In this document: positions 1 to 11,170 of the stretch, in pieces | How the letters are laid out: the number at the start of each line of letters is the position of its first letter | How positions within the stretch are numbered: position 1 is the stretch's first letter | From: the human T2T-CHM13v2.0 reference genome, Homo sapiens | Strand: one strand, 5' to 3' | Length of the DNA stretch: 64,000 nt | Assembly: GCF_009914755.1 (NCBI RefSeq) | Contig: NC_060933.1 | Made by a program: the position numbers and the translations under genes | The notes under the pieces: generated by a model | Databases searched by the model: none | The model's input: the letters and a program-made list of their open reading frames with translations, nothing else | What the model was told of the DNA's origin: nothing

Positions 1-358
1 GAGAAAGGGAAAGGGTGAGGGAGCTAGAGAGGGAGAGCAACAGAGCCTTGGAGAGGGAGGCTCTATCTGGTAGACAGGGGCCCCTTTGGCCAGGGTAGGG
101 TGGAGGGTGCCTGGGCTGGGCTGGAACATGGGGGCAGGGCCGCCCACGCGGGAAAACCAACGGAGCCCTGAGACGTGTTTTTACTTGGATTTGTTGGTTG
201 CTTTGGGGGTGCTTTTCGTAGCGTCATTCCTTTGTTGGCTCCTCCCTGTCCTCTTGGTGCTGTGGGCCCTGAAAGTTGTAGAGTGCGCCCCTCACTGTGG
301 CAGGAGCAGTGGCGCTGAGCGTGCCCACGGGCCGCGGCTTGGGTCTCTCTCGTTTTCC

Positions 359-377
359 AGGTGGTATGGCCGTGGAC
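359..377 (-). pseudogene. 5' remnant (~19 nt) of a 5S rRNA gene
   Basis: AGGTGGTATGGCCGTGGAC is the reverse complement of the 5S 5' end with 2 mismatches. A D box (11/12 match, 398-409) lies at exactly -21..-32. Confidence 0.85.
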
Positions 378-1213
378 AATGGCAGTGGCGCCTGGCTGGC
401 CCAAGAGCCCAGTCCAGCTACGCCTGCCTGATTCCAGGCGTCACCACCAACCCGGGGGCCGCGAGGCTGGGATCAGGCACCCCGGAGCCGCTTGCCTGTG
501 GCCGGGCTGCTCTCCCCCTCTACGCCCAAGCACCACCATCGCCGCGCTGTGCTTTCCGCCGACCTCCCAGAGCGTCCCGATGTCGCCGGCGGCCAGACCA
601 TGCGCGAGACAGCCCAGGCGCCAGAGGCCTCCATCCCCTGCCAGGGCTCTGGACTCTCCAGGCGGCCACCCTCTCGCTGGGACTCCAGGCCTTCCCCAGG
701 CTCTTGAGCTCCCGAGCTTCCAACACCTGGGGCCCGCTTAGGACGGGGTGTGCTCCGAGGCGTCAGGGCCCAGGGCCCACGGTCCTGGGGTCCCCTCCGG
801 TCCTCCGCCTTGCCGCGGAAAAATTATTTTGGATTCCTCGCCGCCCCTCCTGCAAGGCCCCCTCTTGCCCCACACACCCAGAGCCGCCAGGGCTGCCCAG
901 GGGCGAACAGCCGGCCCAGCCCCACAGGCCCTTTTTCTCACAATGCTCACATCATCGTCACTTGTTCTGAGGAGGACCCGCCATGGCCAAAGGGGCAAGA
1001 AGGCTCTGCTTTGCCCCGCCCTGGCACTAGAGCCCCGGCAGCCTCATCCCGGGAAAGAGGGGCTGACGGACACCCAGACACACCCCACCACTACCACGAG
1101 CAAACCCACCCTGACACACACACGGATACACACGGGTGCATGCGCGCAGACACACACACACACCACACCCGGGCACACACACACGGACACACAAAGACAC
1201 AGACACAGATAGC

Positions 1214-1674
1214 TCAAAGGGAGACCTCCCCTCATATTGTCTTATGCCCAATTTCTGCCTCCAAAGAAAGAAGAAGTAAAATCTAAAAGGCAGAAATGAA
1301 ATCCACAGGCAGACAGCCCCGCGCCACACCCTGGGCCTGGTAGTTAAAGATCGATCCCTGACCTACTCGGTTATGTTATCTATAGATTACAGACATTGTA
1401 TAGAAAAGCACTGTGAAAATCCCTGTCCTGTTTTGTTCTGATCTAATTACCTGTGCATGCAGCCCCCAGTCACGTACCCTCTGCTTCCTCAATCCATCAA
1501 GACCCTCTCACGCGGACCCCCTTAGAGTTGTAAGCCCTTAAGAGGGACAGGAATTGCTCACTCGGAGAGCTTGGTTTTTGGAGACGTGAGTCTGCGGATG
1601 CTCCCAGCTGAATAAAGCCCTTCCTTCTACAACTCGGTGTCTGAGGGGTTCTGTCTGCAGCTCCTCCTGCTGCA
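1214..1674 (+). mobile_element. Solo LTR2 (HERV-E family LTR)
   Basis: Matches the recalled LTR2 consensus throughout (GAGACC.CCCCTCATATTGTCTTATGCCCAATTTCTGCCTCCAAAGAAAG ... CTCCTGCTGCA). AATAAA at 1611-1616. No clean target-site duplication (TSD) seen. Confidence 0.9.
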
Positions 1675-2684
1675 GAAGGAGAGCAAGGGAGAGAGGGATG
1701 GAGAAATAGAACCAGAGGGAGAGAGAGAGACAGCGATAGAGAGAGAGAGAGAGACAGAAAAGGGGGGAGGAGAGAGAGAGGGGGGAAGAGAGAGCACCAC
1801 AGTAGAGCGAGAGGTGGAGGGGGAAGTAGAGAAAGGGAGAGGGTGAGGGAGTTGTGGAGCGACAGCGACAGAGCCTTGGAGAGGGAGGCTCTGCTCAGGT
1901 AGACAGGGCACCTTTCAGCAGGCCGGGGTGTGGTGGAGGGTTCTTGGGCCGGGCTAGAACAGGGGGTCAGGGCCCCCCACCCAGGAAAACCAATGGAGCC
2001 CTGAGACTTGTTTTTTTCCTTGGATTGGTTGGTTGCTTTGGGGGTGCGTTTCATAAGGTCCTTCCTTTGTTTGCTTCTTTCTGTCTCCTTGATGCGGTGG
2101 GCCCCGAGATTTGTAGAGTGTGCTCGTGTGTCTGGCGGGAGCCGTGGCGCCGAGCCTGTCCACGGGGCGAGGCCTGGGTCTCTCTCCTGTCCTCCGGACT
2201 GGAGTTTACACGAAGTCGGTGGCATTGGGAAACAGGGTGCACAGGGACGGATTTCCTCGTGGCTGGCGAAGAAAATGTCCTTCCTCTGGGGAAAGCAGCC
2301 CTCGGGTTCTGGAGCGGAGGTCTTGGCTGGGGTCTGTGGCACCCGCTGTCCCTGCTCGCCCCTCCCACCGGCTTGGACGGTTGCAGTGACGCTGAATGAA
2401 TGAATACAATTGCCTGGGAGTCCGGGGAGCGTGAAGAGACCCGGGACCTCAGGGAACCCGCGCCTGCACCCTCGGGGTCGGTCCCGTCCCGCCCGGGTTG
2501 GGTGGGGCTGCCGCGAGTCGGAAGAGGTGGGATGCTGCTGCCTGGCGGTGCTGCAGTGGCGGATCTTCAGGAGGAGGTCCTGGGCTTCGGCTGGGGCACG
2601 GGGGCGGTCAACGGGGAGCAGAGGCGGGGCGCAGTTGGGAAGCATGGAGACAAAAGGGGGAAAGAAGGAGGGAGCGGGAAGCCA

Positions 2685-2804
2685 AAAGCCTACGGTACCG
2701 CTATTACCAGGCGGAATCCCATCCAAGTACTAACCAGTCCCGACCCTGCTTAGCTTCAACAGATCAGAGGCGAGCGGGCGCGTTCAGGGTGGTGTGGCCT
2801 AGAC
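2685..2804 (-). pseudogene. RNA5SP: 5S rRNA pseudogene / variant gene
   Basis: Full-length match to 5S rRNA with ~15 differences including 3 indels. Box A (AGCTAAGCAGGGTCG) is intact and box C has a GA>TT change. T4 terminator at 2684-2687. Confidence 0.95.
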
Positions 2805-2824
2805 GCCAGCAGCGGCGCCTGGCT

Positions 2825-2836
2825 GCCCCAAGAGCC
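2825..2836 (-). promoter_or_regulatory. 5S upstream D box (GGCTCTTGGGGC)
   Basis: Perfect 12-mer at exactly -32..-21 relative to 5S +1 (position 2804). Confidence 0.9.
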
Positions 2837-3194
2837 CGGCCCAGCCAAGCCCGCATGACTCCAGGCGTCACCGCCACCCCGGGGCCGCGGGTCTCGGATC
2901 CAGGACCCCCAGAGGCGCTCGCCCGTGCCCCCGGGCAGCTGTCTCCCTCTACACCCGAGGACCGCCGGCCTCCCAGAGAGTCCCGCCGTCTCCAGCGGCC
3001 AGGCCTGGCTCAGGACCAATGTGGCACCGCCCTGCTGTTGCTGGGGGGCGCCGCCGGAGGCCTCTGTCCCCTGCGCAGGCTTCCGGCTCTAGGGGCGGCC
3101 TCCTTTCCGCCCACGCTCCAGTCCTTCCGGGAGCTCCGGAGCTCCGGGGCTTCCACCACATCTGCCGGCTCAGGACGGGTCGTGCTCATCCCTT

Positions 3195-5052
3195 AACTTT
3201 TTAACTTTTTGTTGTGTCTATTTATATTTTATTGTGCTATGTCTTGAAATGTTGTTGTAGCTATTACTTTTGATTGGATATTACTTAGTATTCCTACTTT
3301 AAATAAGAGTAGTTTGCACACCACACAGCTATAGTGTTATAATATTCTGTTTTGTTTTGTATCCTATTAGCAGTGAGGATTTTTTTTTACCTTTAGGTGA
3401 TCATTTATTACTCATTAATGTCCTTTTCTTCCTGATTGAAGTACTCCCTTTAGCATTCCTTTAGGACAGGTATGGTATTCATAAAATACTTCAGCTTTTG
3501 TTTGTCTGAAAAAGTCAGTATTCTTTTTTTTTGAAGAACATTTTCACTGTATATTCTATTCTAAGGTAAAAGTTTCTTTCCTTTAGTACTTTAAATATTT
3601 ATTGCTTCTCTCTCCCGGCCAGTAGAGTTTCCACTGTAAAGTCTGCTGCCAGACATGTTGGAGCTCCCCAGTAGGTTATTTGTTTCTTTTCTCTTTCTTG
3701 CTTAAGAACTTTTATCTTTGACTTTTGGAAGACTATTGAATGCTTCGAAGTAGTGTTTTTTGGGTTAAATCTGCTTAATGTTCTATAACATTTTTGTAGT
3801 TGGATATGGATGTCTTTCTCTAGGTTTGGAAAGTTCTCTGTTATTATCCCTTTGAATAAATTTTTCTACCCCTGCCTCTTTCTCTACATCTTCTTTAAAA
3901 CCAATAACTCTTAGATCTGTCTTTGTGAGGCTATTTTCTAGATCCTCCCCTGCCTCTTTCTTTACATCTTCTTTAAAACAAATAACTCTTAGATCTGTCT
4001 TTGTGAGGCTATTTTCTAGATCCTGTCGGCATGATTTGTTGTTTTTATTCTTTTTCTTTTGTCTCTTCTATGTATTTTCAAAGAGCCTGTCTTCAAGCTC
4101 ACTATTTCTTCTGCTTGATCCATTCTGCTATTACATGGCTCTAATGCATTCTTCAGCATGCCAATTGCATTTTTCAGCTCAGAATGTCTGCTTAATTTAC
4201 TGTAACTATTTCAATCTCTTTGTTGAGTTTAGCTGATAAAATTTGGAATTTCCTTACTTTGTTATCTTAAATTTCTTTCAGTTTTTTTTTTTAAATACAG
4301 CTATTTTGAATTCTCTGTCTGAAACATCACATATCTCTTTTTCTCCAGGATTTGTCCCCAGTGCCTTATTTAGTTCACTTGGTGAGGTCATGTTTTCCTG
4401 GATGGTGTTGATGCTAGTAGATGTTCTTCAGTGTCTGGACATTAAAATCTTGGGCATGCAGCACCATATGAGAAGTTTAAAAAATAAAATTTAAAGAGAG
4501 AAAAGGTGAGTATTTATTGTAGTCTTCACTGTCTGGGATTATTTGTAGCTATCTTTCTTGGGAAGGCTTTTCACATATTTGAAAAGAGTTGGGTGTTGTG
4601 ATCTAAGCCATATCTGCTTTATGGAGCACCTTATACCCAATAATGCTGTAATTCTTCCAGACTCAGAGAAGTACCACCTTGACAGCCTTCAACAAGATCC
4701 AGGAGAATTTTCTGGATTACTAGCCACAGACTCTTTCCCTACCCTTATTTTCTCTCAAAGATACAGAGTCTTTCTCTCTGTTCTAAGCCACCTAAAGCTG
4801 GGAGAAGAAAGACACAAGCACCTCTGGCCATCACCACTATGACTGCCCTGGATCAGACCTGAAGCTAGCACAGCACAGGTCTTGCTCAAGTCCTGCTGCA
4901 TGCAATTTCTGACGACTCCCTATGTTCACTCAAGGCCTTTGGTCTCTACAATTAGCAGGTGGCAAAGCCAGACAGGCCTGTGTTCTTTCCTTTAGGGCAG
5001 TGAGATCCCTCAGTCCCTGGCTGGGTCCAGAAGTGCTATTCAGAAGTCAGGG
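3195..5052 (-). mobile_element. Old L1 (L1M-type) ORF1/5' region fragment
   Basis: T-rich antisense L1 sequence, homologous to 7190-8900. Confidence 0.75.
3869..4024. repeat. 78-bp tandem duplication inside L1
   Basis: 3869-3946 and 3947-4024 differ at 2 positions. Confidence 0.95.
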
Positions 5053-5054
5053 CT

Positions 5055-6691
5055 TTGGCCACTTTTTAATAGGGTTTTTTGTTTTTCTCTTGTAAATTTA
5101 AGTTCCTCATATTGAATATTAGATCTTTGTCAGATACATAGTTTGTAAATATTTTTCCTCATTCTATAGGTTGTTCACTCTATTGATAATTTCTTTTGCT
5201 GAGCAGAAGCTTTTAAGTTTAATTAGATCCCACTTGTCAATAGTTGTATTTGTTGTTTTTGGTGTCTTTATCATGAAATCTTTGCCTCTTTCTATGTCCA
5301 GGATGGTATTGTCTAGGTTGTCTTCCAGAGCTTTTATAGTTTTGGGTTTTACATTTAAGTATTTAATCCATCTTGAGTTGATTTTTGTATATGGTATAAG
5401 GAAGAAGTCCAACTTCAATCTTCTGCATATGGCTAGCCAGTTATCCCAGCACCATTTATTGAATAGGGAATCTTTTCCCCATTGATTGTTTTTGCCAGCT
5501 TTGTGAAAGATTACCTAGTTGTAGGTATGTGGTCTTACTTCTAACCTCTCTATTCTGTTCCACTGGTGTATGTGTCTGTTTTTGTACTAGTACCATGCTG
5601 TTTTGGTTACTATGGTGCTGTAGGTTAGTTTGAAGTCGGGTAATGTGATGCCTCAAGCTTTGTTCTTTTTGCTTAGGATTGCCTTGGCTACTTAGGTTCT
5701 TTCTTGGTTCTATATGAATTTTTAAATAGCTTTTTTCTACTTCTGTGAAGCATGTCATTGGTAGTTTAATAGGAATAGCTTTGGACAGTACAACCATTTA
5801 AATGATATTAATTCTTTCTCTCCATTAAGAAGGAATGATTTTTCATTTATTTGTGTCTTCTCTGACTTCTTTGAGCAGTGTTTTGTAATTTTCATTGTAG
5901 AGATTTTTCACCTCCCTGGTTAGCTGTATTTGTATGTACTTTATTCTTTTTGTGGAAATTGTGAATAAAATTGCCTCTCTGATTTGGCTCTTAGTTTGGC
6001 TCTTCTTGGTGTATAGGAATGCTAGCAAATTTCGTACATTGATTTTGTGTCCTGAAACTTTGTGGAAGTTGTTTATCAGCTTAAGGAGTTTTGGGTCACA
6101 ACTATAGGGTTTAGATACAGAATTATGTTGTCTGCAAACAGAGGTAGTTGGACTTCTCTTTCTATTTAAATACGCTTTATTTCTTTCTCTTGTCTGATTG
6201 CTCCAGAAAGGACTTCTAATACTATGTTGAATAGGAGTGGTGAGAGAGGGCATCCTTGTCTTGTGCGGGTTTCAAGGAGGATGCTTCAAGATTTTGCCCA
6301 TTTAGTATAATGTTGGCTGTGAGTTTGTCATAGGTGGCCTTTATTATTTTGAGGTATGTTCCTTTGATACCTCATTTATTGAGAATTTTTAACATGAAGC
6401 TTTGTTGAATTTTACTGAAAGTCTTTTCTGCATCTGTTGAGACAATCACGTGGTTATTATCTTTAGTTTTATTTATGTTATGAATCACATTTTATTGATT
6501 TGCCCATGATGGACCACCCTTCCATTCCAGGGAAGAAGCTTATTTCACTATGGTGAATTAGCCTTTTGATGTGTTGCTAGATTCAGTTTGCAAGTATTTT
6601 GTTGTGGATCATTGAATGGATGTTCATCAAGGATACTGGCCTGAAGTTTTCTTTTTTTGTTTTGTCACTGCCAGGCTTTGGTATCAGGATG
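5055..6691 (-). mobile_element. L1 (older L1PA/L1PB) ORF2 fragment
   Basis: ORF-track peptides [17 protein letters not shown] and [12 protein letters not shown] are L1 ORF2p. Confidence 0.9.
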
Positions 6692-7150
6692 ATTATTGCG
6701 GCACTATTCACAATAGCAAAGACTGGGAACCAACACAAATGTCCGACAATGATAGACTGGATTAAGAAAATGTGGCACATATACACCATGGAATACTATG
6801 CAGCCATAAAAAATGATGAGTTCATGTCCTTTGCAGGGACATGCAGGAAGCTGGAAACCATCATTCTCAGCAAACTATCACAAAGACAAAAAACCAAACA
6901 CCCGCATGTTCTCACTTATAGGTGGGAATTGAACAATGAGAACACGTGGACACAGGAAGGGGAACATCACACACCAGGGACGGTTGAGGGGTGGGGGGAT
7001 GGGGGAGGGATAGCATTAGGAGATATACCTGATGCTAAATGACTAGTTAATGGGTGCAGCACACCAACATGTCACGTGTATACATATGTAACAAACCTGC
7101 ACGTTGTGCACATGTACTCTATAACTTAAAAGTATAATAAAAAAAAGAAA
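6692..7150 (+). mobile_element. L1PA 3' end with poly(A)
   Basis: [10 protein letters not shown]...[18 protein letters not shown] followed by the canonical 3' UTR and an A-rich tail. Confidence 0.95.
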
Positions 7151-7179
7151 CAAGCAAAACAACTAATAAAAACTCTATA

Positions 7180-10100
7180 CTGCCATTCTTTTCAACTTTT
7201 TGTTGTTTCTCTTCATTCCCTATTTTACAGTCTATGTATTGGAAATAAATACATTGTAGTTATTATTTTCATTGGTTTATTGTTTACTCTTTCTATTTGA
7301 GATTTTTGCACCCCATAATTACCATATTATAATATTCAGTGTTTTTCCATGTGCTATTGCTAGTGAGTTGTGTACCTTCAGATGATTTCTTATTGCTCAC
7401 TAACTTGTTTTCTTTTAGATTAAGATATCCCTTTAGCATTTCTTGTAGGACAGGTCTGGTGTTAATGAAATCCCTCAGTTTTTGTTTGTTGGAAAAAGTT
7501 CTTATTTTTCCGTCAAGTTTAAAGGACGTTTTTGCCAGATACATTATTCTAAAGTAAAAGTCTTTTTTTCCTTCAGTTTTTTAATATGTCATGCCAATCT
7601 CACAGCCTGTAAATTTTCCCCTGAAAAGTCTGCTGTCAGATGTATTGGAGTTCCGCTGAATGTTATTTGTTTCTCTTCTCTCGATGCTTTTAGAATCATT
7701 TCTTTATCCTTAACCTTTGGGAGTTCAGTTTAGTGCCTTGAGGTGGTCTTCTTTGGGTTAAATCTGCTTTATGTTCTGTAACTTTCTGTTACCCGAATGT
7801 TGATATCAAATGTTGAGGAATTGTTTAATATTATTTAATATTATTTATTTAAATAAATATTCAACTCATCTCTTTTTCTACCTCCTCTTTAAGGCCAATA
7901 ACTCTTAGATTTGCTATTTTGAGGCTATTTTTAAAATTCTATAGGCATGCTTTATTTTTTATTCCTTTTTGTCTCCTCTGACTTTGTATTTTTAAATAGT
8001 CTGGCTTCAAGTTCACTAAATCTATCTTCTCCATGGTCAATTCTTTTAAGTAATTCTGATCCATTCTTCAGTATGACAATAGCATTTTAACCTCAGAATT
8101 TCTACTTTATTCTTTTTATTTCAATCTCATTGTTAAATTTATCTGATAGAATTTTGAATTCCTTCTCTGTGTTACATTGTACATTTCTTTGAATTACCTC
8201 AACCAGTTATTTTGGATTTCCTGTATGAAAGGTCACATATCTTTGTTTTTCCAGGATTTGTCCCTGGTACTTTATTTAGCTTGTTTGGTGAGGTCATGTT
8301 TTCCTGGATGGCCTTGATACTTGTAGATATTCATCTGTATCTGGGCATTGAAGAATTCAGTCTTTATTGTAGTCTTCACAGTCTGGGCTTGTTAGTGCCC
8401 ATTATCTTTGGGAACACTTTCCAGGTATTCAAAGAAACTTGGGTCCCAAACCCAATAGCACAGTAGTTTATGCAAACACGTAGAGGTAGTGCCTTGGTGG
8501 CCTTGGATTAACATCAAGAAAAATTCTCTTGATTTATCAAGTAGAGACTCTTGTTCTCTTCCCTTACTTTCTCTCAAATCAGCAGTCTCTCTTTCTGTGC
8601 TGAGACATGTGGAGCTGGGGTTGGGGTAACAGAAGAACTCCTGTGGCAGCCACCACTGAGACTGTGCTGGCTCACACCTGAAGTAGGCACAGAACTTGGT
8701 CTCACCCAAGGCCCACTGCAACCACTACTTGGCTACCATATAAGTTTATTCAAAGCCCCAGGACTCTGTGATTAATAGTTGGCAATGCCAGCCAGGTTTG
8801 TGTCTCTGCCTATAGGGTTGAAAGTTCCCCTAGCCATGAGTGGGTCCACAGATGCTACCTGGGAGCCAGAGATTAAAGCATAGAATCTTCAAAATTTAGC
8901 TGCTCTTCTATTTTATTGTAGCTAACCTGGCACTTAGGGAATAAGACAAAGTATTTTCTACTCTTCTTTCCCCTCTCTGCAGGCAGAAGAGCTTCTTCTA
9001 TGATTGCCCACACTACTGGCCCATGGGGGGTTTCCACCAAATCATCATCACTTTCTCACTTAAAGCCCAAGGACTCTTTAGTTAGCTTGTGATAAATTCT
9101 GCAATGCCTGGGACTCGACCTTTGCCCCAGGGCAAGTGCAGAAATGCTGACCAAGAAGACCCTAGGCCTGGACTCAAGGACTCTAAGAATCTGCTTGGTG
9201 ATCTACCCCACTGTGGTTGAGCTGGTATACCAGGTGCAATGTAGAGTTCCCTTTACTTTCCCCCCTGCCTTTCTCAAACAGAAGTCTTTCACCATAGCTA
9301 CCACAGCTAGAAATGTACTGGGTCACACCTGAACTTAGCACTTCTCAGATCCCAATGCCCATGGTGTATTACCTGGTTGTCACTGTTTTTTATTCTGGGT
9401 ACAGGGGTTCTTTAGTCAGCAGGTGATGAATTCTGCCAGGTCTTTACTGACATAGCAGCACTGAGTTTGATGTAAAGTCCTCCAGTCACTGTGCTCTCCC
9501 TCTCCCAAATTCACAGGTTTCTGTGTGTTGTGTGGCTGCTGCTAGGTGGGGGGTGGGGGAGTGGTGTTGTGAGCACTCCCTTAGCTGCTCTGGCTGCTGT
9601 CTCGGTAGACCCCATACTCCCCACCCTCCACATTCCACTGGCTCTGAGCCCAGCTTGGAATAAGACTTGCCTAATAATTGAAGTCCTTGTGGTCTAGACT
9701 GCCCCTTAAGTTCTCTTAGAGTCCAATAGCACGTCAACTCATGATGGCAAGACTTGTAAAAACTCAAGCTCCCAACACTAGGATGGGAGGTTTTCCTCTT
9801 TCTAGGGCCAATACACATGCTCCTTCCATTGGCAGATGTCAGCTGAGTACAGTCTGGTTCTGCTTTTCACTGTGACAGGGTAGTACTGAGTTTATTGCAA
9901 AGCCTCACAAACTATGCGCTCCCTCTCCCAAACATACTATCTCTGCACGATGTAGCCACTAGTGGTGGTTGAAAAAGAGGTGGCATCCATGCTTCTAGAC
10001 CGTCTTTTATTTTTTTGTCTTCTCCAATGTCTGTTTCAGTGATATGAAGTTAATACCAGGTACTGTGATTGCTCACCCAATTTTTGGTCCCTTTGACAGT

Positions 10101-10185
10101 GCTTCTTGAATGTAGTTAGTTGTGAAAATTTGGTGTTTTCGTGTGGTGGATGAGAATGTAGGCTTCTATTCTGCCCTCTTACTCT
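7180..10185 (-). mobile_element. Old L1 (L1M-type) ORF1 and 5' UTR
   Basis: Peptide FSNKQKLRDFINTRPVLQEMLKG is the L1 ORF1p C-terminus. Confidence 0.8.
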
Positions 10186-10194
10186 GTCTCTGCC

Positions 10195-11053
10195 TTAAAT
10201 TTTTTAGATTCAGGGAGTATATTTGCAGGTTTATTACATGGATATATTGTGTGATGCTGAGCAATGTGGGATATTATTGATCCCATCACCAAGGTAGTGA
10301 GCATATATTGTGGGATATAATTGATCCCATCACCTAGGCAGTAAGCATAGCACCTATGGTTTTTCACCCCCTGCCCTCCTCCTTCCCTCATTCACCTGGT
10401 AGTTCTCAGTGTCTATTGTTGTCATCTTTATATTCATGAGTACCCCATGTTTAGATCCTACTTATAGGCAAGAACATATGGTATTTGGTTTTCTGTTCCT
10501 GTATTAATTTCCTTATGATAATGGCCTCCAGACGTATGCATGTTACTGCACAGGACATAATTGTATTCTTTTTAATGTGTGCATAGTGTTTTATGGCATA
10601 TATGTGGCACATATTTCTATCCAATTTATTGATTCACACATAAGTTAATTCCATGCCTTCCCTATTGTGAATAGAATATGACTCATATACAAGTGCATGT
10701 GGGGTTTCTTTTTTGTGGAATTCTTAATTTTCTTTTGGATATATACTCAGTAATGGAATTGCTGGTTGAATGGCACTTCTGTTTTAAATTCTTTGAAAAA
10801 TCTCCAAACTGCTTTTCACAGTGGCTGAACTAATTTACATTCTCACCAACAGTGTATAAGCATTTCATTTTCTCTGAAGTCTAACCAGAATTTGTCATTT
10901 TTTTACTTTTTAATAGTAGCCATTCTGACTAATATGAGATGGTATCTCTCATTGACTTGCATTTCTCTGATGATTAGTGATGTTGGACATTAGGAAAACA
11001 ACCCCATTAAAACATTGACAAGGGACATAAGCAGACACTTCTCAAAAGAAGAC
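10195..11053 (-). mobile_element. L1 3' end with a short inverted segment (10992-11053)
   Basis: Antisense L1 3' UTR to ~10991, then 62 bp of the near-adjacent L1 sequence in sense orientation. A ~44-bp local duplication lies at ~10266-10350. Confidence 0.8.
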
Positions 11054-11054
11054 G

Positions 11055-11170
11055 AGCCAGGCACAGTGGCTCACGCCTGTAATCCCAGCACTTTGGGAGG
11101 CCAGGGTGGGGGGATCACAGGGTCAGGAGATCGAGACCATCCTGGCTAACACGGTGAAACCCTGTCTCTA
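11055..11170 (+). mobile_element. Alu left-arm fragment (AluY-like)
   Basis: GCCAGGCACAGTGGCTCACGCC...GAGACCATCCTGGCTAACACGGTGAAACCCTGTCTCTA, ending abruptly. Confidence 0.9.

Larger units (their letters stand above)
1..1828. repeat. 5S-rDNA-derived GC-rich macrosatellite unit (SST1/NBL2-like), ~1.37 kb excluding the LTR
   Basis: Bases 1-360 recur at 1829-2200 and 378-760 recur at 2805-3190. The period is 1828 bp, or 1367 bp after removing the LTR2. It has a CA-rich tract (~1070-1210) and a GA-rich tract (~1675-1850), as recalled for the 1.4-kb NBL2/SST1 unit. Family name from memory. Confidence 0.7.
1829..3193. repeat. Second 5S-rDNA-derived unit (spacer plus complete 5S copy), truncated by L1
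   Basis: Homologous to unit 1 but contains ~590 bp extra, including the 5S gene. GC-rich sequence ends abruptly at ~3193. Confidence 0.85.

Noticed and set aside
1-3193. D4Z4/DUX4-type repeat
   Set aside because: No homeobox is present; the 5S gene, D box and spacer explain the sequence.
63-3204. Long ORFs (up to 409 aa) in the first 3 kb
   Set aside because: They overlap in all frames across GC-rich satellite, LTR and simple repeats, and show no recognisable domain.
5055-7150. A single twin-primed inverted L1
   Set aside because: The antisense part looks like an older subfamily than the sense 3' end, and I found no shared TSD.
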